A DNA stretch of 64,000 bases from Clostridia bacterium. GTDB taxonomy: Bacteria > Bacillota > Clostridia > UMGS1883. Of this stretch, positions 44,077 through 53,859 are shown piece by piece. Each line of letters starts with the position of its first letter. Position 1 is the stretch's first letter. The notes below the pieces were generated by a model. That model was not told the origin of the DNA and did no database searches. It worked only from the letters and a program-made list of their open reading frames with translations. The position numbers were made by a program, and so were the translations under genes. The stretch lies in the NCBI GenBank assembly GCA_051866635.1, contig JBJDXJ010000011.1, positions 1 to 64,000 on the forward strand, given 5' to 3'.

Positions 44077-45578
44077 GTGTCCAATTTATCTATCCCGAAT
44101 TTGAAGTTGTAAGAAATCAGAATCGTTGTATAGCTTGTCGTGTATGCGAAAGACAGTGTTCCAACGAAGTACATTCATATGATGAAGAAAATAGAATTGT
44201 AATAAGCGATGAATCTAAATGCGTAAACTGTCAGAGATGTGTTTCTCTCTGCCCCACAAGAGCATTGAAAATTGTAAAGAGTGACTGCACATTTCGTGAA
44301 AATGCGAACTGGCAGAATGACACAATAAAGGAAGTATATAAGCAGGCAAACAGCGGTGCTGTTCTTCTTTCATCAATGGGCAATCCCAAGCCCCTTCCTG
44401 TATATTGGGATAAAATTTTAATCAATGCATCTCAGGTAACAAACCCACCTATCGATCCCCTTCGTGAACCTATGGAAACCCGTGTGTTCTTGGGGGCTAA
44501 GCCCGAAAAGGTTCAGCGTGACGAAAACGGAAAATTAAAGTGCAATCTTCCGCCACAGCTTGAGCTTTCCATGCCTGTTATGTTCTCTGCAATGAGCTAC
44601 GGTTCGATAAGCTACAATGCACACGAGTCATTGGCAAGAGCCGCAACAGAGCTTGGTATTTTATATAACACAGGTGAAGGCGGTCTTCATGAAGATTTCT
44701 ATTGCTACGGTGAAAATACAATCGTTCAGGTTGCATCAGGCCGTTTCGGTGTACATAAGGATTATTTAGAGGCAGGTGCCGCCGTTGAAATTAAAATGGG
44801 TCAAGGTGCAAAGCCCGGTATAGGCGGACACCTTCCCGGTGCTAAAATTGTGGGCGATGTTTCAAGAACAAGAATGATTCCCGAAGGCAGTGACGCTATT
44901 TCTCCTGCTCCCCACCACGACATATATTCTATTGAAGATTTACGTCAGCTTGTATACTCTTTAAAGGAAGCTACAGAATATAAAAAGCCTGTTATTGTAA
45001 AGGTTGCGGCAGTTCACAATATTGCGGCTATCGCAAGCGGTATTGCCAGAAGCGGTGCCGATATAATTGCAATTGACGGTTTCCGTGGCGGTACAGGTGC
45101 CGCACCCACAAGGATACGTGATAACGTTGGTATTCCCATTGAATTGGCTTTAGCATCTGTTGACAGCCGTCTTCGTGAAGAAGGTATCAGAAACAATGTT
45201 TCTTTGGTTGTGGGCGGTTCTATCCGCAGTGCATCAGACGTTGTAAAGGCAATAGCACTCGGTGCAGATGCATGCTATGTTGCTACAGCGGCACTTTTAG
45301 CACTTGGCTGTCACCTTTGCCGTACTTGTCAGAGCGGCAAGTGCAACTGGGGTATTGCAACACAAAGACCTGAACTTGTAAAAAGACTTAACCCAGATAT
45401 GGGAAGCGAACGCTTAATAAATCTGATGAATGCCTGGAAACATGAAATTAAAGAGCTTATGGGCGGTATGGGCATAAACTCTATAGAAGCACTCCGCGGT
45501 AACAGACTGATGCTTCGTGGTGTGGGACTTACTGACAGGGAGCTTTCTATACTTGGCATTTCTCACGCAGGAGAGTGA
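44073..45578 (+). CDS. Glutamate synthase FMN-binding subunit with N-terminal 2[4Fe-4S] domain (GltB2-like)
   Basis: Two CxxCxxCxxxC motifs, AMSYGS, NTGEGG, QVASGRFG, GQGAKPGIGGHLP, CHLCRTC..GKC. Confidence 0.93.
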   Translation: MSVQFIYPEFEVVRNQNRCIACRVCERQCSNEVHSYDEENRIVISDESKCVNCQRCVSLCPTRALKIVKSDCTFRENANWQNDTIKEVYKQANSGAVLLSSMGNPKPLPVYWDKILINASQVTNPPIDPLREPMETRVFLGAKPEKVQRDENGKLKCNLPPQLELSMPVMFSAMSYGSISYNAHESLARAATELGILYNTGEGGLHEDFYCYGENTIVQVASGRFGVHKDYLEAGAAVEIKMGQGAKPGIGGHLPGAKIVGDVSRTRMIPEGSDAISPAPHHDIYSIEDLRQLVYSLKEATEYKKPVIVKVAAVHNIAAIASGIARSGADIIAIDGFRGGTGAAPTRIRDNVGIPIELALASVDSRLREEGIRNNVSLVVGGSIRSASDVVKAIALGADACYVATAALLALGCHLCRTCQSGKCNWGIATQRPELVKRLNPDMGSERLINLMNAWKHEIKELMGGMGINSIEALRGNRLMLRGVGLTDRELSILGISHAGE

Positions 45579-45583
45579 TAAAA

Positions 45584-46024
45584 ATGAAACTTGTATATGC
45601 AAACGAAAAATGGTGCATAGGCTGTCACTTATGTGAATATAACTGTGCATTTGCCAATTCAGGCAAAAATAACATGGTAAAGGCATTAAAGGATAAAGAA
45701 ATATTCCCCCGTGTATGTGTGGAAGATACCGGCAAAATCACCTATGCAGTTTCCTGTCGTCATTGCGACGACCCTATCTGTGTAAAGAGCTGTATTTCAG
45801 GTGCACTTTCAAAACAGGACGGCGTAATCAAAATTGATAAAGAAAAATGTATCGGTTGCCTCACATGTATACTGGTCTGTCCTTACGGTGCCCTGTCGCA
45901 AGGCGAAAAGGGTGCAGTGCAGAAATGCGAATTGTGCCTTGAAAATTCATGCGGTGCTCCTGCATGTGTAGCAGGATGCCCCAACAGAGCTCTTGTTTAC
46001 GAAGAAAGAGGTGATACAGAATGA
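45584..46024 (+). CDS. 4Fe-4S dicluster (polyferredoxin-like) subunit
   Basis: Four Cys clusters: CIGCHLC, CRHC..C..C, CIGCLTC..CP, KCELC..C..CP. Confidence 0.9.
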   Translation: MKLVYANEKWCIGCHLCEYNCAFANSGKNNMVKALKDKEIFPRVCVEDTGKITYAVSCRHCDDPICVKSCISGALSKQDGVIKIDKEKCIGCLTCILVCPYGALSQGEKGAVQKCELCLENSCGAPACVAGCPNRALVYEERGDTE

Positions 46025-47268
46025 AAAATTATTGTATTATCGGTAACGGTGTTGCCGCGGCAGGTTGTATTGAAGGTATAAGAAGTGTTGATAAAGATAA
46101 TAAAATTACAGTAATTTCAGAAGAAAATTACCCTGTATACTGCCGTCCCCTTATTTCATATTATCTTGAAGAAAAAACAACTATCAAAAAAATGAATTAC
46201 CGTGCCGAAAACTTTTATGAAGCAAACGGCTGTGAAGTAATTTACGGAAAAAAGGCTGTAGAAATTAATGAAAATGACAAAATCGTAAAACTTGACGACA
46301 ATACATCTGTATCCTATGACTCTTTATGTATCGCCGCAGGCTCCTCCCCCTTTGTTCCGCCCATGGAAGGTCTTGAAACTGTTTCAAAGAAATTTTCATT
46401 TATGACAATAGACGATGCCCTTTCATTGGAAAAAGCCATCACAAAGGAGTCTAAGGTGCTTATTATCGGTGCAGGTCTTATCGGTCTTAAATGTGCCGAA
46501 GGTATTCGTGATAAGGTAGCTGAAATTACAGTTTGTGATTTGTCGGAAAGAATTCTTTCAAGTATATTTGACGATGAATGTGCCCGTCTTATGCAAAAGC
46601 ACCTTGAAAATAACGGCATAAAGTTTATGCTTGGGGATACTGCTGTGTCTTTCAATAAAAATACGGCAGTGATGAAAAGCGGTGCTAAGCTTGATTTTGA
46701 TGTGCTTGTTATTGCAGTTGGTGTCAGAGCAAACACATCTCTTTTCAAAAATATAGGCGGAGATACAAATCGCGGTATTATAGTTGACGACAAAATGCAG
46801 ACAAATAAGGAAGGCATATATGCCGCAGGTGACTGCACTGAAGGAAACGATATTACCATCGGACAAAAGCGAGTTCTTGCAATACTCCCCAACGCCTATA
46901 TGCAGGGCTTTTGTGCGGGAGAAAATATGGCAGGTGGCGATGGTGTATTTAATAATGCAATCCCCATGAACTCAATCGGATTTTTCGGACTTCACGCAAT
47001 GACAGCCGGAAGCTACTTTACGGAGGAAGAAGGCGGCACATTGTACGAAGAAAAAGGTGAAAACAGTATTAAAAGACTGTATATGAAGGATGGAATTCTT
47101 ACAGGTTATATTATTATAGGCGATGTTGACCGTGCGGGAATATACACCTCTCTTGTAAGAGAAAGAACACCTCTTGATACGGTAAATATGGATTTACTGA
47201 AAAAAAATCCGACCCTTGGAATATTTTCTGAAAAAATTCGTGGAAAAAAGCTGAGAGGTGTGTTATAA
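46021..47268 (+). CDS. NAD(P)/FAD-dependent oxidoreductase (probable electron donor to glutamate synthase)
   Basis: GNGVAA, GAGLIG, YAAGDC; coupled within the operon. Confidence 0.85.
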   Translation: MKNYCIIGNGVAAAGCIEGIRSVDKDNKITVISEENYPVYCRPLISYYLEEKTTIKKMNYRAENFYEANGCEVIYGKKAVEINENDKIVKLDDNTSVSYDSLCIAAGSSPFVPPMEGLETVSKKFSFMTIDDALSLEKAITKESKVLIIGAGLIGLKCAEGIRDKVAEITVCDLSERILSSIFDDECARLMQKHLENNGIKFMLGDTAVSFNKNTAVMKSGAKLDFDVLVIAVGVRANTSLFKNIGGDTNRGIIVDDKMQTNKEGIYAAGDCTEGNDITIGQKRVLAILPNAYMQGFCAGENMAGGDGVFNNAIPMNSIGFFGLHAMTAGSYFTEEEGGTLYEEKGENSIKRLYMKDGILTGYIIIGDVDRAGIYTSLVRERTPLDTVNMDLLKKNPTLGIFSEKIRGKKLRGVL

Positions 47269-47269
47269 T

Positions 47270-47989
47270 ATGACAATAGATGCAAAAAATGTGGATTATA
47301 AAGAATTAAATGAAGCATTAAAATCAGAAGATGATAGATGTGAGATTTCCTCATGTCTTGGTCAGCGATTTATTGCGGCAGGTTTGTCAGATAAATATAT
47401 TACGATACATGGTATTCCCGGTAACGCTCTCGGTGCGTATCTTAACGGTGCAGTCATTGAAGTTATGGGCAATGCACAGGACGCTGTGGGCGACACTATG
47501 AATGAGGGTGAAATAATCATTCACGGAAATATCGGCGATGCGGCAGGCTATGCAATGCGTGGCGGAAAAATATTTGTAAAAGGCAATGCCGGTTACCGTG
47601 CAGGTATTCATATGAAAGCATATAAGGAAAAACAGCCTCTCCTTGTCATTGGCGGCAAGGCAGGTAGCTTTTTGGGCGAATACCAGGCAGGCGGCACCAT
47701 AATTGTGCTCGGTATTGAAGATAATGACAAACCCATTGTAAGTAATTTCCCCGGAACAGGTATGCACGGCGGAAGAATGTTCCTTCGTTCCTCCTGTGAG
47801 GGTATTGAATTTCCAAGTCAGGTTACCTTAAGAAAGGCAACGGGCGAGGATTTAGATGAAATCAAAGGATATATTTCGGAATTTTGTGGTCATTTCGGAT
47901 ATAAAGAGGAAGATATTTTAAATTCTGAATTTACTGTTGTCACACCTGACAGCAAAAATCCCTATAAGCAGATGTACGTAGCAAATTAA
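47270..47989 (+). CDS. Glutamate synthase C-terminal GXGXG domain subunit (GltB3-like)
   Basis: GQRFI and repeated G..G..M..G motifs (GDTMNEG, GYAMRGG, GEYQAGG, GMHGG). Confidence 0.9.
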   Translation: MTIDAKNVDYKELNEALKSEDDRCEISSCLGQRFIAAGLSDKYITIHGIPGNALGAYLNGAVIEVMGNAQDAVGDTMNEGEIIIHGNIGDAAGYAMRGGKIFVKGNAGYRAGIHMKAYKEKQPLLVIGGKAGSFLGEYQAGGTIIVLGIEDNDKPIVSNFPGTGMHGGRMFLRSSCEGIEFPSQVTLRKATGEDLDEIKGYISEFCGHFGYKEEDILNSEFTVVTPDSKNPYKQMYVAN

Positions 47990-48008
47990 AAGAAAGTGGG
48001 TCAAAAAG

Positions 48009-49217
48009 ATGAAATATTCAGCACAGGAAGTTATACAGTATGTTAACGAGGAGGATGTAAAATTTATTCGCCTTGCCTTTTGTGATGTCTATGGCAGACA
48101 AAAGAACATATCCATAATGCCAAGTGAGCTTCCCCGTGCTTTTGAATATGGAATTTCTTTTGATGCTTCTGCCGTTGGTGGTTTTGGTGACGAGGCAGAG
48201 TCTGACCTGTTCCTTCGTCCCGATCCGGAAACGCTTTCAATTCTTCCCTGGCGACCTGAACACGGCAGAGTTGTCCGCATGTTCTGTACAATAACAGATC
48301 CAAACGGTAAGGTTTTTGAATGTGATACGAGAAGCGTTCTGAAAAAGGCCATAGCCGATGCCAAAAAGTCAGGGGTTGAGTTTTATTTCGGTTCAGAATT
48401 GGAATTTTACCTATTCAAACTTGACGAAGACGGTAACCCCACAAAAACGCCTTACGACAATGCAGGTTATATGGATATGGCACCTGAAGACAAGGGCGAA
48501 AATGTCCGCCGTGAAATTTGTCTTAACTTAGAGCAAATGGGCATACGCCCCGAGAGTTCTCACCATGAAGAAGGTCCCGGGCAGAACGAAATTGACTTCC
48601 GTTATTCAAACCCTCTAACTGCCGCTGATGATGCAATAGCTTTTCAGACAGTTGTAAAAACAGTTGCACACCGAAACGGACTTTGTGCAGACTTTTCTCC
48701 CAAACCCCTTCAAGGAAAACCCGGTAACGGATTTCATATTAATATGTCAGTAAAGAATGACGAACACCACATTTTACTTCCTCAGATGCTTGCAGGAATT
48801 ATGGAATATATAAGAGAGCTTACTGTATTTTTAAACCCGGTTGAAGACTCTTACTTAAGATTTGGTCAGTCAAAGGCACCGAAATATATTTCATGGTCAA
48901 GCGAAAACCGTTCACAGCTTATTCGTATTCCCGCCTCCAGCGGTGAATACAGACGAGCAGAGCTTCGTTCACCTGACCCGACAACAAACCCGTATTTGGC
49001 ATATGCACTTCTTATATATGCAGGCTTGTACGGAATTGAAAATAAGCTCCACCTGCCTCCTGCCGCTCAGATAAACTTTTTCACGGCAGACAAAGCTGTT
49101 GTACGGCAGTATCAAGAACTGCCCGATAAGCTTTCCGAGGCAAAGGAACTGGCACTTAACAGCAAGTTTATATCAGAGCATCTTCCCCAATCGATTATTA
49201 ACATATACTGCAAATAA
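48009..49217 (+). CDS. Type I glutamine synthetase-like protein (degenerate, C-terminally short)
   Basis: ELEFY, HHEEGPGQNE, PKP..PGNGFH, NRS.LIRIP and ELRSPD are retained. FDGSS reads FDASA, the GYEAP flap reads QSKAP, and the protein is only 402 aa. Confidence 0.85.
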   Translation: MKYSAQEVIQYVNEEDVKFIRLAFCDVYGRQKNISIMPSELPRAFEYGISFDASAVGGFGDEAESDLFLRPDPETLSILPWRPEHGRVVRMFCTITDPNGKVFECDTRSVLKKAIADAKKSGVEFYFGSELEFYLFKLDEDGNPTKTPYDNAGYMDMAPEDKGENVRREICLNLEQMGIRPESSHHEEGPGQNEIDFRYSNPLTAADDAIAFQTVVKTVAHRNGLCADFSPKPLQGKPGNGFHINMSVKNDEHHILLPQMLAGIMEYIRELTVFLNPVEDSYLRFGQSKAPKYISWSSENRSQLIRIPASSGEYRRAELRSPDPTTNPYLAYALLIYAGLYGIENKLHLPPAAQINFFTADKAVVRQYQELPDKLSEAKELALNSKFISEHLPQSIINIYCK

Positions 49218-49241
49218 TTATAAAGTGAAGGAGGTATTAAA

Positions 49242-49826
49242 ATGGATTTTAAAGAGCGAGTATACAGTGTACTTATAGTATCTGCATCTGACAAATTCAA
49301 TGCCTCCCTTAAGGAATTATTCCCCGATTTTAAATATAGTCCTGTGATTTTTGAAGCAAGTGTAAGCGGTGCAAAACGAGCAGTGATAGAGAGGGAATAT
49401 GATTTTATAATTATCAACTCTCCCCTTCCTGATGACGACGGAATACGTTTTTCCATTGATGTATGCACAGGTAAGAGTTCGGTTGTTATGATGCTTATAA
49501 GAAATGAAATATACCTGTCTGTTTTTGACAAGGTTTCAAAAAATGGCGTTTATACCCTTTCTAAGCCCACATCAAAGCAAACCATATACCAGGCACTTGA
49601 CTGGATGGCTTCCACAAGAGAAAGACTCAGAAAACTTGAAAAGAAAACAATTTCTCTTGAAGATAAGATGCAGGAAATCAGAATTGTTAACAAAGCAAAG
49701 TGGATTTTGATAACCAATCTTCAAATGACTGAAACAAATGCCCATCGTTACATTGAAAAACAGGCAATGGACAGATGCGTATCAAAAAAGGAAGTTGCGG
49801 AAGAAATTATAAGAACTTACTCATAA
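49242..49826 (+). CDS. ANTAR RNA-binding antiterminator with pseudo-receiver domain (NitR/AmiR-like)
   Basis: C-terminal IVNKAKWILI..MTETNAHRYIEKQAMDR..KKEVAEEI. The receiver fold has IVSA and IINSPLP in place of the acidic pocket and phospho-Asp. Confidence 0.92.
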   Translation: MDFKERVYSVLIVSASDKFNASLKELFPDFKYSPVIFEASVSGAKRAVIEREYDFIIINSPLPDDDGIRFSIDVCTGKSSVVMMLIRNEIYLSVFDKVSKNGVYTLSKPTSKQTIYQALDWMASTRERLRKLEKKTISLEDKMQEIRIVNKAKWILITNLQMTETNAHRYIEKQAMDRCVSKKEVAEEIIRTYS

Positions 49827-49841
49827 AAGGATGAAATAGGA

Positions 49842-51143
49842 ATGTTTAACTCAGATAACTTATCAATAAATTCAAAAAATCATTTAACTATAGGAAACCA
49901 CGACACGGTAGAATTGGCAAAGGAATTTGGCACTCCCCTTTATGTTCTTGACGAAGATTTAATGCGGAAAAACTGCCGTGATTACAAAGAAGCCATTGAC
50001 AAATACTACGATGGTAACGGTCTTGTTCTTTTTGCAAGCAAAGCTCTTTGCACTATGTATACAGCACGCCTTTCCTCTGAAGAAGGCTTAGGTGCAGACG
50101 TTGTTTCAGGCGGTGAGCTTTACACATTACATAAAGCAGGCTTCCCCATGGACAAGGTGTTTTTCCACGGAAACAATAAAACACAAAGTGAGCTTGAACT
50201 TGCCTTAGACCTTAAAGTAGGTCATATAGTTGTTGATAACAAGTATGAGCTTGATTTATTGAATGAACTTGCAAAGACAAAGGGCATTGTTCAGAATATT
50301 TTATTCCGCATTAAGCCCGGAATTGATGCACATACACACGACTTTGTAAAAACAGGACAAATTGACTCTAAATTCGGTGTTGCACTGGAAAACGGTGAAG
50401 CATTTGAAATTCACAAGTATGCTTCCACTTTATCAAACATCTGCCTTGACGGTGTACATTGTCACATCGGTTCTCAGATATTTGACTTTGCACCCTTCTG
50501 CGAAGCGGCAAAGGTAATGATGAACTTTGTAGCAGACTTACATGAAAAGCTTTCACTTAAGGTTAAAATATTAAACTTAGGCGGTGGCTTCGGCATCAGA
50601 TATACAAGTGACGATGATCCCCTTACCCCGGCAGAATATATTAAAAAGACTGTTGAAGCCGTAAAAGAAGTGGCTTTGGAAAGAAATATTGATCTTCCCT
50701 ATCTTGTATTTGAACCGGGCAGGAGCATTGTTGCGCCGGCAGGAATTACGCTGTATACAGTGGGTGGCGTAAAAGAAATTGAGAACGTGAGAACATACGT
50801 TTCAATTGACGGTGGTATGGGGGACAACCCCAGATATATACTTTACGGTTCAAAGTACAGTGCAGTTTTGGCAAACAATGCCTCGGCAGAAAATGTTGCT
50901 CCCGTAACAATTGCCGGAAAGTGCTGTGAATCAGGTGATTTAATTCAGGAAAATATAATGATGCCAGAAATTAAAGTTGGCGATACAATTGCCATTTTAG
51001 CAACAGGTGCATACAACTACTCCATGGCAAGTAACTATAACCGTATTCCCCGTCCCCCTATCGTTTGCGTAAAGGGTGACGAAAAGAAGGTTATTGTAAA
51101 AAGAGAAACATATGACGACATAATTAAAAATGACGTTTTGTAA
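49842..51143 (+). CDS. lysA: Diaminopimelate decarboxylase
   Basis: GTPLYV, FASKA (PLP Lys), HCHIGSQI, LGGGFG, EPGRSIV, GKCCESGD, GAYNYSMASNYN. Confidence 0.96.
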   Translation: MFNSDNLSINSKNHLTIGNHDTVELAKEFGTPLYVLDEDLMRKNCRDYKEAIDKYYDGNGLVLFASKALCTMYTARLSSEEGLGADVVSGGELYTLHKAGFPMDKVFFHGNNKTQSELELALDLKVGHIVVDNKYELDLLNELAKTKGIVQNILFRIKPGIDAHTHDFVKTGQIDSKFGVALENGEAFEIHKYASTLSNICLDGVHCHIGSQIFDFAPFCEAAKVMMNFVADLHEKLSLKVKILNLGGGFGIRYTSDDDPLTPAEYIKKTVEAVKEVALERNIDLPYLVFEPGRSIVAPAGITLYTVGGVKEIENVRTYVSIDGGMGDNPRYILYGSKYSAVLANNASAENVAPVTIAGKCCESGDLIQENIMMPEIKVGDTIAILATGAYNYSMASNYNRIPRPPIVCVKGDEKKVIVKRETYDDIIKNDVL

Positions 51144-51177
51144 AATAATAAAAACTTCCTACCAAAAATTGGAAGTT

Positions 51178-51500
51178 CAGGCTGTCTATAAACCTACTTT
51201 TCGCACAATCGCAAGGGGGTTCCCCAGAATAAAAATAGGAGCCGGAAATCGCATTTTCGGCTCCGAAAGTGGCAATTTTAGGGGGTTGTAGACCCCTTGC
51301 ACGAGAAATTGCCACTTTGTTCCTTAGAAATATCAGACATCAAAGTGCTGAAGGGCATTGCCCGCCTTTGAGGTCGCGTGTCGACATTTCGGCACGCTTT
51401 TTTTATCATATAGGAAATTGCACGCAGAATGTGTGCATATTTGCTTATGAAATAAAAGCTTACCTTTTCATCCCCCTAGATTGGGGGACTGAGGGGGTCG
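51178..51500. repeat. GC-rich multi-hairpin intergenic element (MITE/REP-like)
   Basis: Consecutive stems: GGAGCCGGAA/TTTCGGCTCC, AAAGTGGCAATTT/AAATTGCCACTTT, GCGTGTCGA/TCGGCACGC-T7 and others; no credible ORF. Confidence 0.5.
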
Positions 51501-51590
51501 AAGCATTAAAATGCTTTTTTATTATTTTCTCTTTACTTATCGGAATTATCATTATATAATTAATGCGTAATTTTGAAAGGAGATGAAACT

Positions 51591-53084
51591 ATGTTTCAGG
51601 CACAGTTAAACACAAACACATTAAAAAGCAAGGTAGACAAAAATATATACGGTCACTTTTCCGAACATTTAGGCAGATGTATATACGGAGGTCTTTATGT
51701 TGGCGAAGACAGTGAAATTGAAAATATCGAAGGCATGCGTAAGGATGTACTGGAAGCATTAAAGCAAATTAAAATCCCCGTACTTCGCTGGCCCGGTGGC
51801 TGTTTTGCTGATGAATATCACTGGAAAGACGGTATCGGACCCAAGGAAAAAAGACCTACAATGATTAATACTCACTGGGGCGGTGTAACAGAAGATAACA
51901 GCTTCGGTACACATGAATTTCTCCGTCTTTGTGAGCTTCTTGGTTGTGAACCTTACATAAACGGAAACCTTGGCAGTGGCACTGTACAGGAAATGAGCCA
52001 GTGGGTTGAATATTTAAACTCTGACAATATATCCCCCATGACAGATATGCGTAAGGCAAACGGCAGAGAGAAAAGCTGGGGCGTTAAGTATTTTGCTGTA
52101 GGTAACGAAAACTGGGGTTGCGGCGGCAATATGTACCCTGACTATTATGCAAACGAATACCGCCGTTATGCTTGCTATTGCCGTAATTACGGAGATAACA
52201 GGCTTTTCAAGGTAGCTTGCGGAGCAAACGACTCTGACTACAAATGGACCGAAACACTTATGCGTATGGCAGGGGAAAATATGGATGCTCTCAGTCTTCA
52301 TAACTACGTATGGCGTTGGAGTGACAGTGCAACAGGCTTTGATGATACAGGTTACTTTGATGTAGTACGTGATGCCCTTGACATGGAAAATTTAGTTACA
52401 AAACATTCTACAATAATGGATAAATATGACCCTGATAAACGGGTAGCCCTTTTTGTAGACGAATGGGGTACATGGTACAAGGTTAAGGAAGGTACAAATC
52501 CCGGATTCTTATATCAGGAAAACACAATGCGTGATGCGGTTGTTGCCGCTTCCCTTCTTAACATTTTCAACAACCATTCCGACCGTGTTCGCATGACGAA
52601 TATTGCACAGGTTGTCAATGTTTTGCAATCAGTTATTTTGACAGAAGGGGACAAAATGATTAAGACTCCTACATATCACATTTATGATTTGTATACTCCC
52701 CATCATGATGCAACACTTATCGGATGTGACATTCTTAAGAACGAAAGCTATACGGTTTCCAATCTTCCCAAAGAAAACAGACGTCATATGCCAGATATAC
52801 TCGATGCCGTAAACATTTCCGCAACAAAGGCTTCTGACGGCTCCGTTACTGCAACACTTTGTAACATTGCCCATGATAAAGGTGTTGATTGTGAACTTTC
52901 CCTTGTGGGTAACTGTTATACAAAAGCAGCCGCACGTATTTTAACAAGTGAAAAATTTGACGACATGAATTCCTTTGATGAACCAGACAGAGTTGTTATA
53001 AAAGAAGTTCCCGTTACACTTGAAAATAACATTCTTAAGTTTACACTTCCCCCATTCAGCACAATTGCAGTTACATTGGAGTAA
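51591..53084 (+). CDS. Alpha-L-arabinofuranosidase (GH51)
   Basis: [50 protein letters not shown]. Confidence 0.95.
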   Translation: MFQAQLNTNTLKSKVDKNIYGHFSEHLGRCIYGGLYVGEDSEIENIEGMRKDVLEALKQIKIPVLRWPGGCFADEYHWKDGIGPKEKRPTMINTHWGGVTEDNSFGTHEFLRLCELLGCEPYINGNLGSGTVQEMSQWVEYLNSDNISPMTDMRKANGREKSWGVKYFAVGNENWGCGGNMYPDYYANEYRRYACYCRNYGDNRLFKVACGANDSDYKWTETLMRMAGENMDALSLHNYVWRWSDSATGFDDTGYFDVVRDALDMENLVTKHSTIMDKYDPDKRVALFVDEWGTWYKVKEGTNPGFLYQENTMRDAVVAASLLNIFNNHSDRVRMTNIAQVVNVLQSVILTEGDKMIKTPTYHIYDLYTPHHDATLIGCDILKNESYTVSNLPKENRRHMPDILDAVNISATKASDGSVTATLCNIAHDKGVDCELSLVGNCYTKAAARILTSEKFDDMNSFDEPDRVVIKEVPVTLENNILKFTLPPFSTIAVTLE

Positions 53085-53326
53085 TGGATAATTGCAAAGC
53101 ATGCCGATACACATCGGCAATTCATAAAGAAACTATTGAAAAAGAGCTTAAAAGATTAAATGCCTCATCTACACCTATGGCAGATGAGGCACTTTACAAA
53201 GAAAGGCTTAATATTTGTTCTGAATGTAAACATATGGACCTGTCGGGAACATGTATGATGTGCGGTTGCTATGTAATGTTAAGATGTGCACTAAATAACA
53301 ATAAATGTCCCCAAAAGCATTGGTGA
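53084..53326 (+). CDS. Small Cys-rich protein (DUF6171-like)
   Basis: CxxC...YKERLNICSEC...GTCMMCGCYV..R...CP..W; TAATG coupling to the GH51 gene. Confidence 0.7.
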   Translation: MDNCKACRYTSAIHKETIEKELKRLNASSTPMADEALYKERLNICSECKHMDLSGTCMMCGCYVMLRCALNNNKCPQKHW

Positions 53327-53839
53327 TTATTTCATCAATGCTTTTCTTGTTGGTTGTGCTACAATATATGCTAAAACCAACTTAACTGCATCTATAGGTA
53401 TAAAAGGCACAACACACATGGTTAAAGCCGCCAATATATTACTCTTTGTTATAAATATAAACCACACTGTTCCGAATAAGTAGCAGACAAACATAGCCAA
53501 AACACTTAAAGCCACTACTGCCATTTTATTTTTGCACTTAACGCTTTGCCCTAAAATCCATGCAACAAAAACGTAAGAAATTATAAACCCTCCCGTAGGG
53601 GACATAATTACCGATAATCCGCCTTTAAAGCCCGAAAAAACAGGCAAGCCTATCATACCTATCAATATGTAAATAACAGTTGACCACACAGCGTTTTTGC
53701 TTCCCGTTACAAAAGCTGTAAATGCAAGAAAAAACACTGCAAATGTCACAGGTACAGGACCTATGGCAATAGAAAATGGTGCCGTTATACAAAGTATTGT
53801 TGCAAAAAGTGCCCTTATTATCATATCTTTTGTGTTCAT
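53327..53839 (-). CDS. bioY: Biotin transporter S component
   Basis: GPVPVT, GMIGLPVFSG..GG...PTGGF, PFIPIDAVK. Confidence 0.92.
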   Translation of the reverse strand: MNTKDMIIRALFATILCITAPFSIAIGPVPVTFAVFFLAFTAFVTGSKNAVWSTVIYILIGMIGLPVFSGFKGGLSVIMSPTGGFIISYVFVAWILGQSVKCKNKMAVVALSVLAMFVCYLFGTVWFIFITKSNILAALTMCVVPFIPIDAVKLVLAYIVAQPTRKALMK

Positions 53840-53859
53840 ATTAACCTCCTGAAAAAACT

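Noticed and set aside
51124-51559. Short ORFs in the structured intergenic element (also 57432-57647, 38160-38471, 36375-36587, 42722-42907)
   Set aside because: They run through hairpins, promoters or the T-box, and have no RBS or recognisable motifs.
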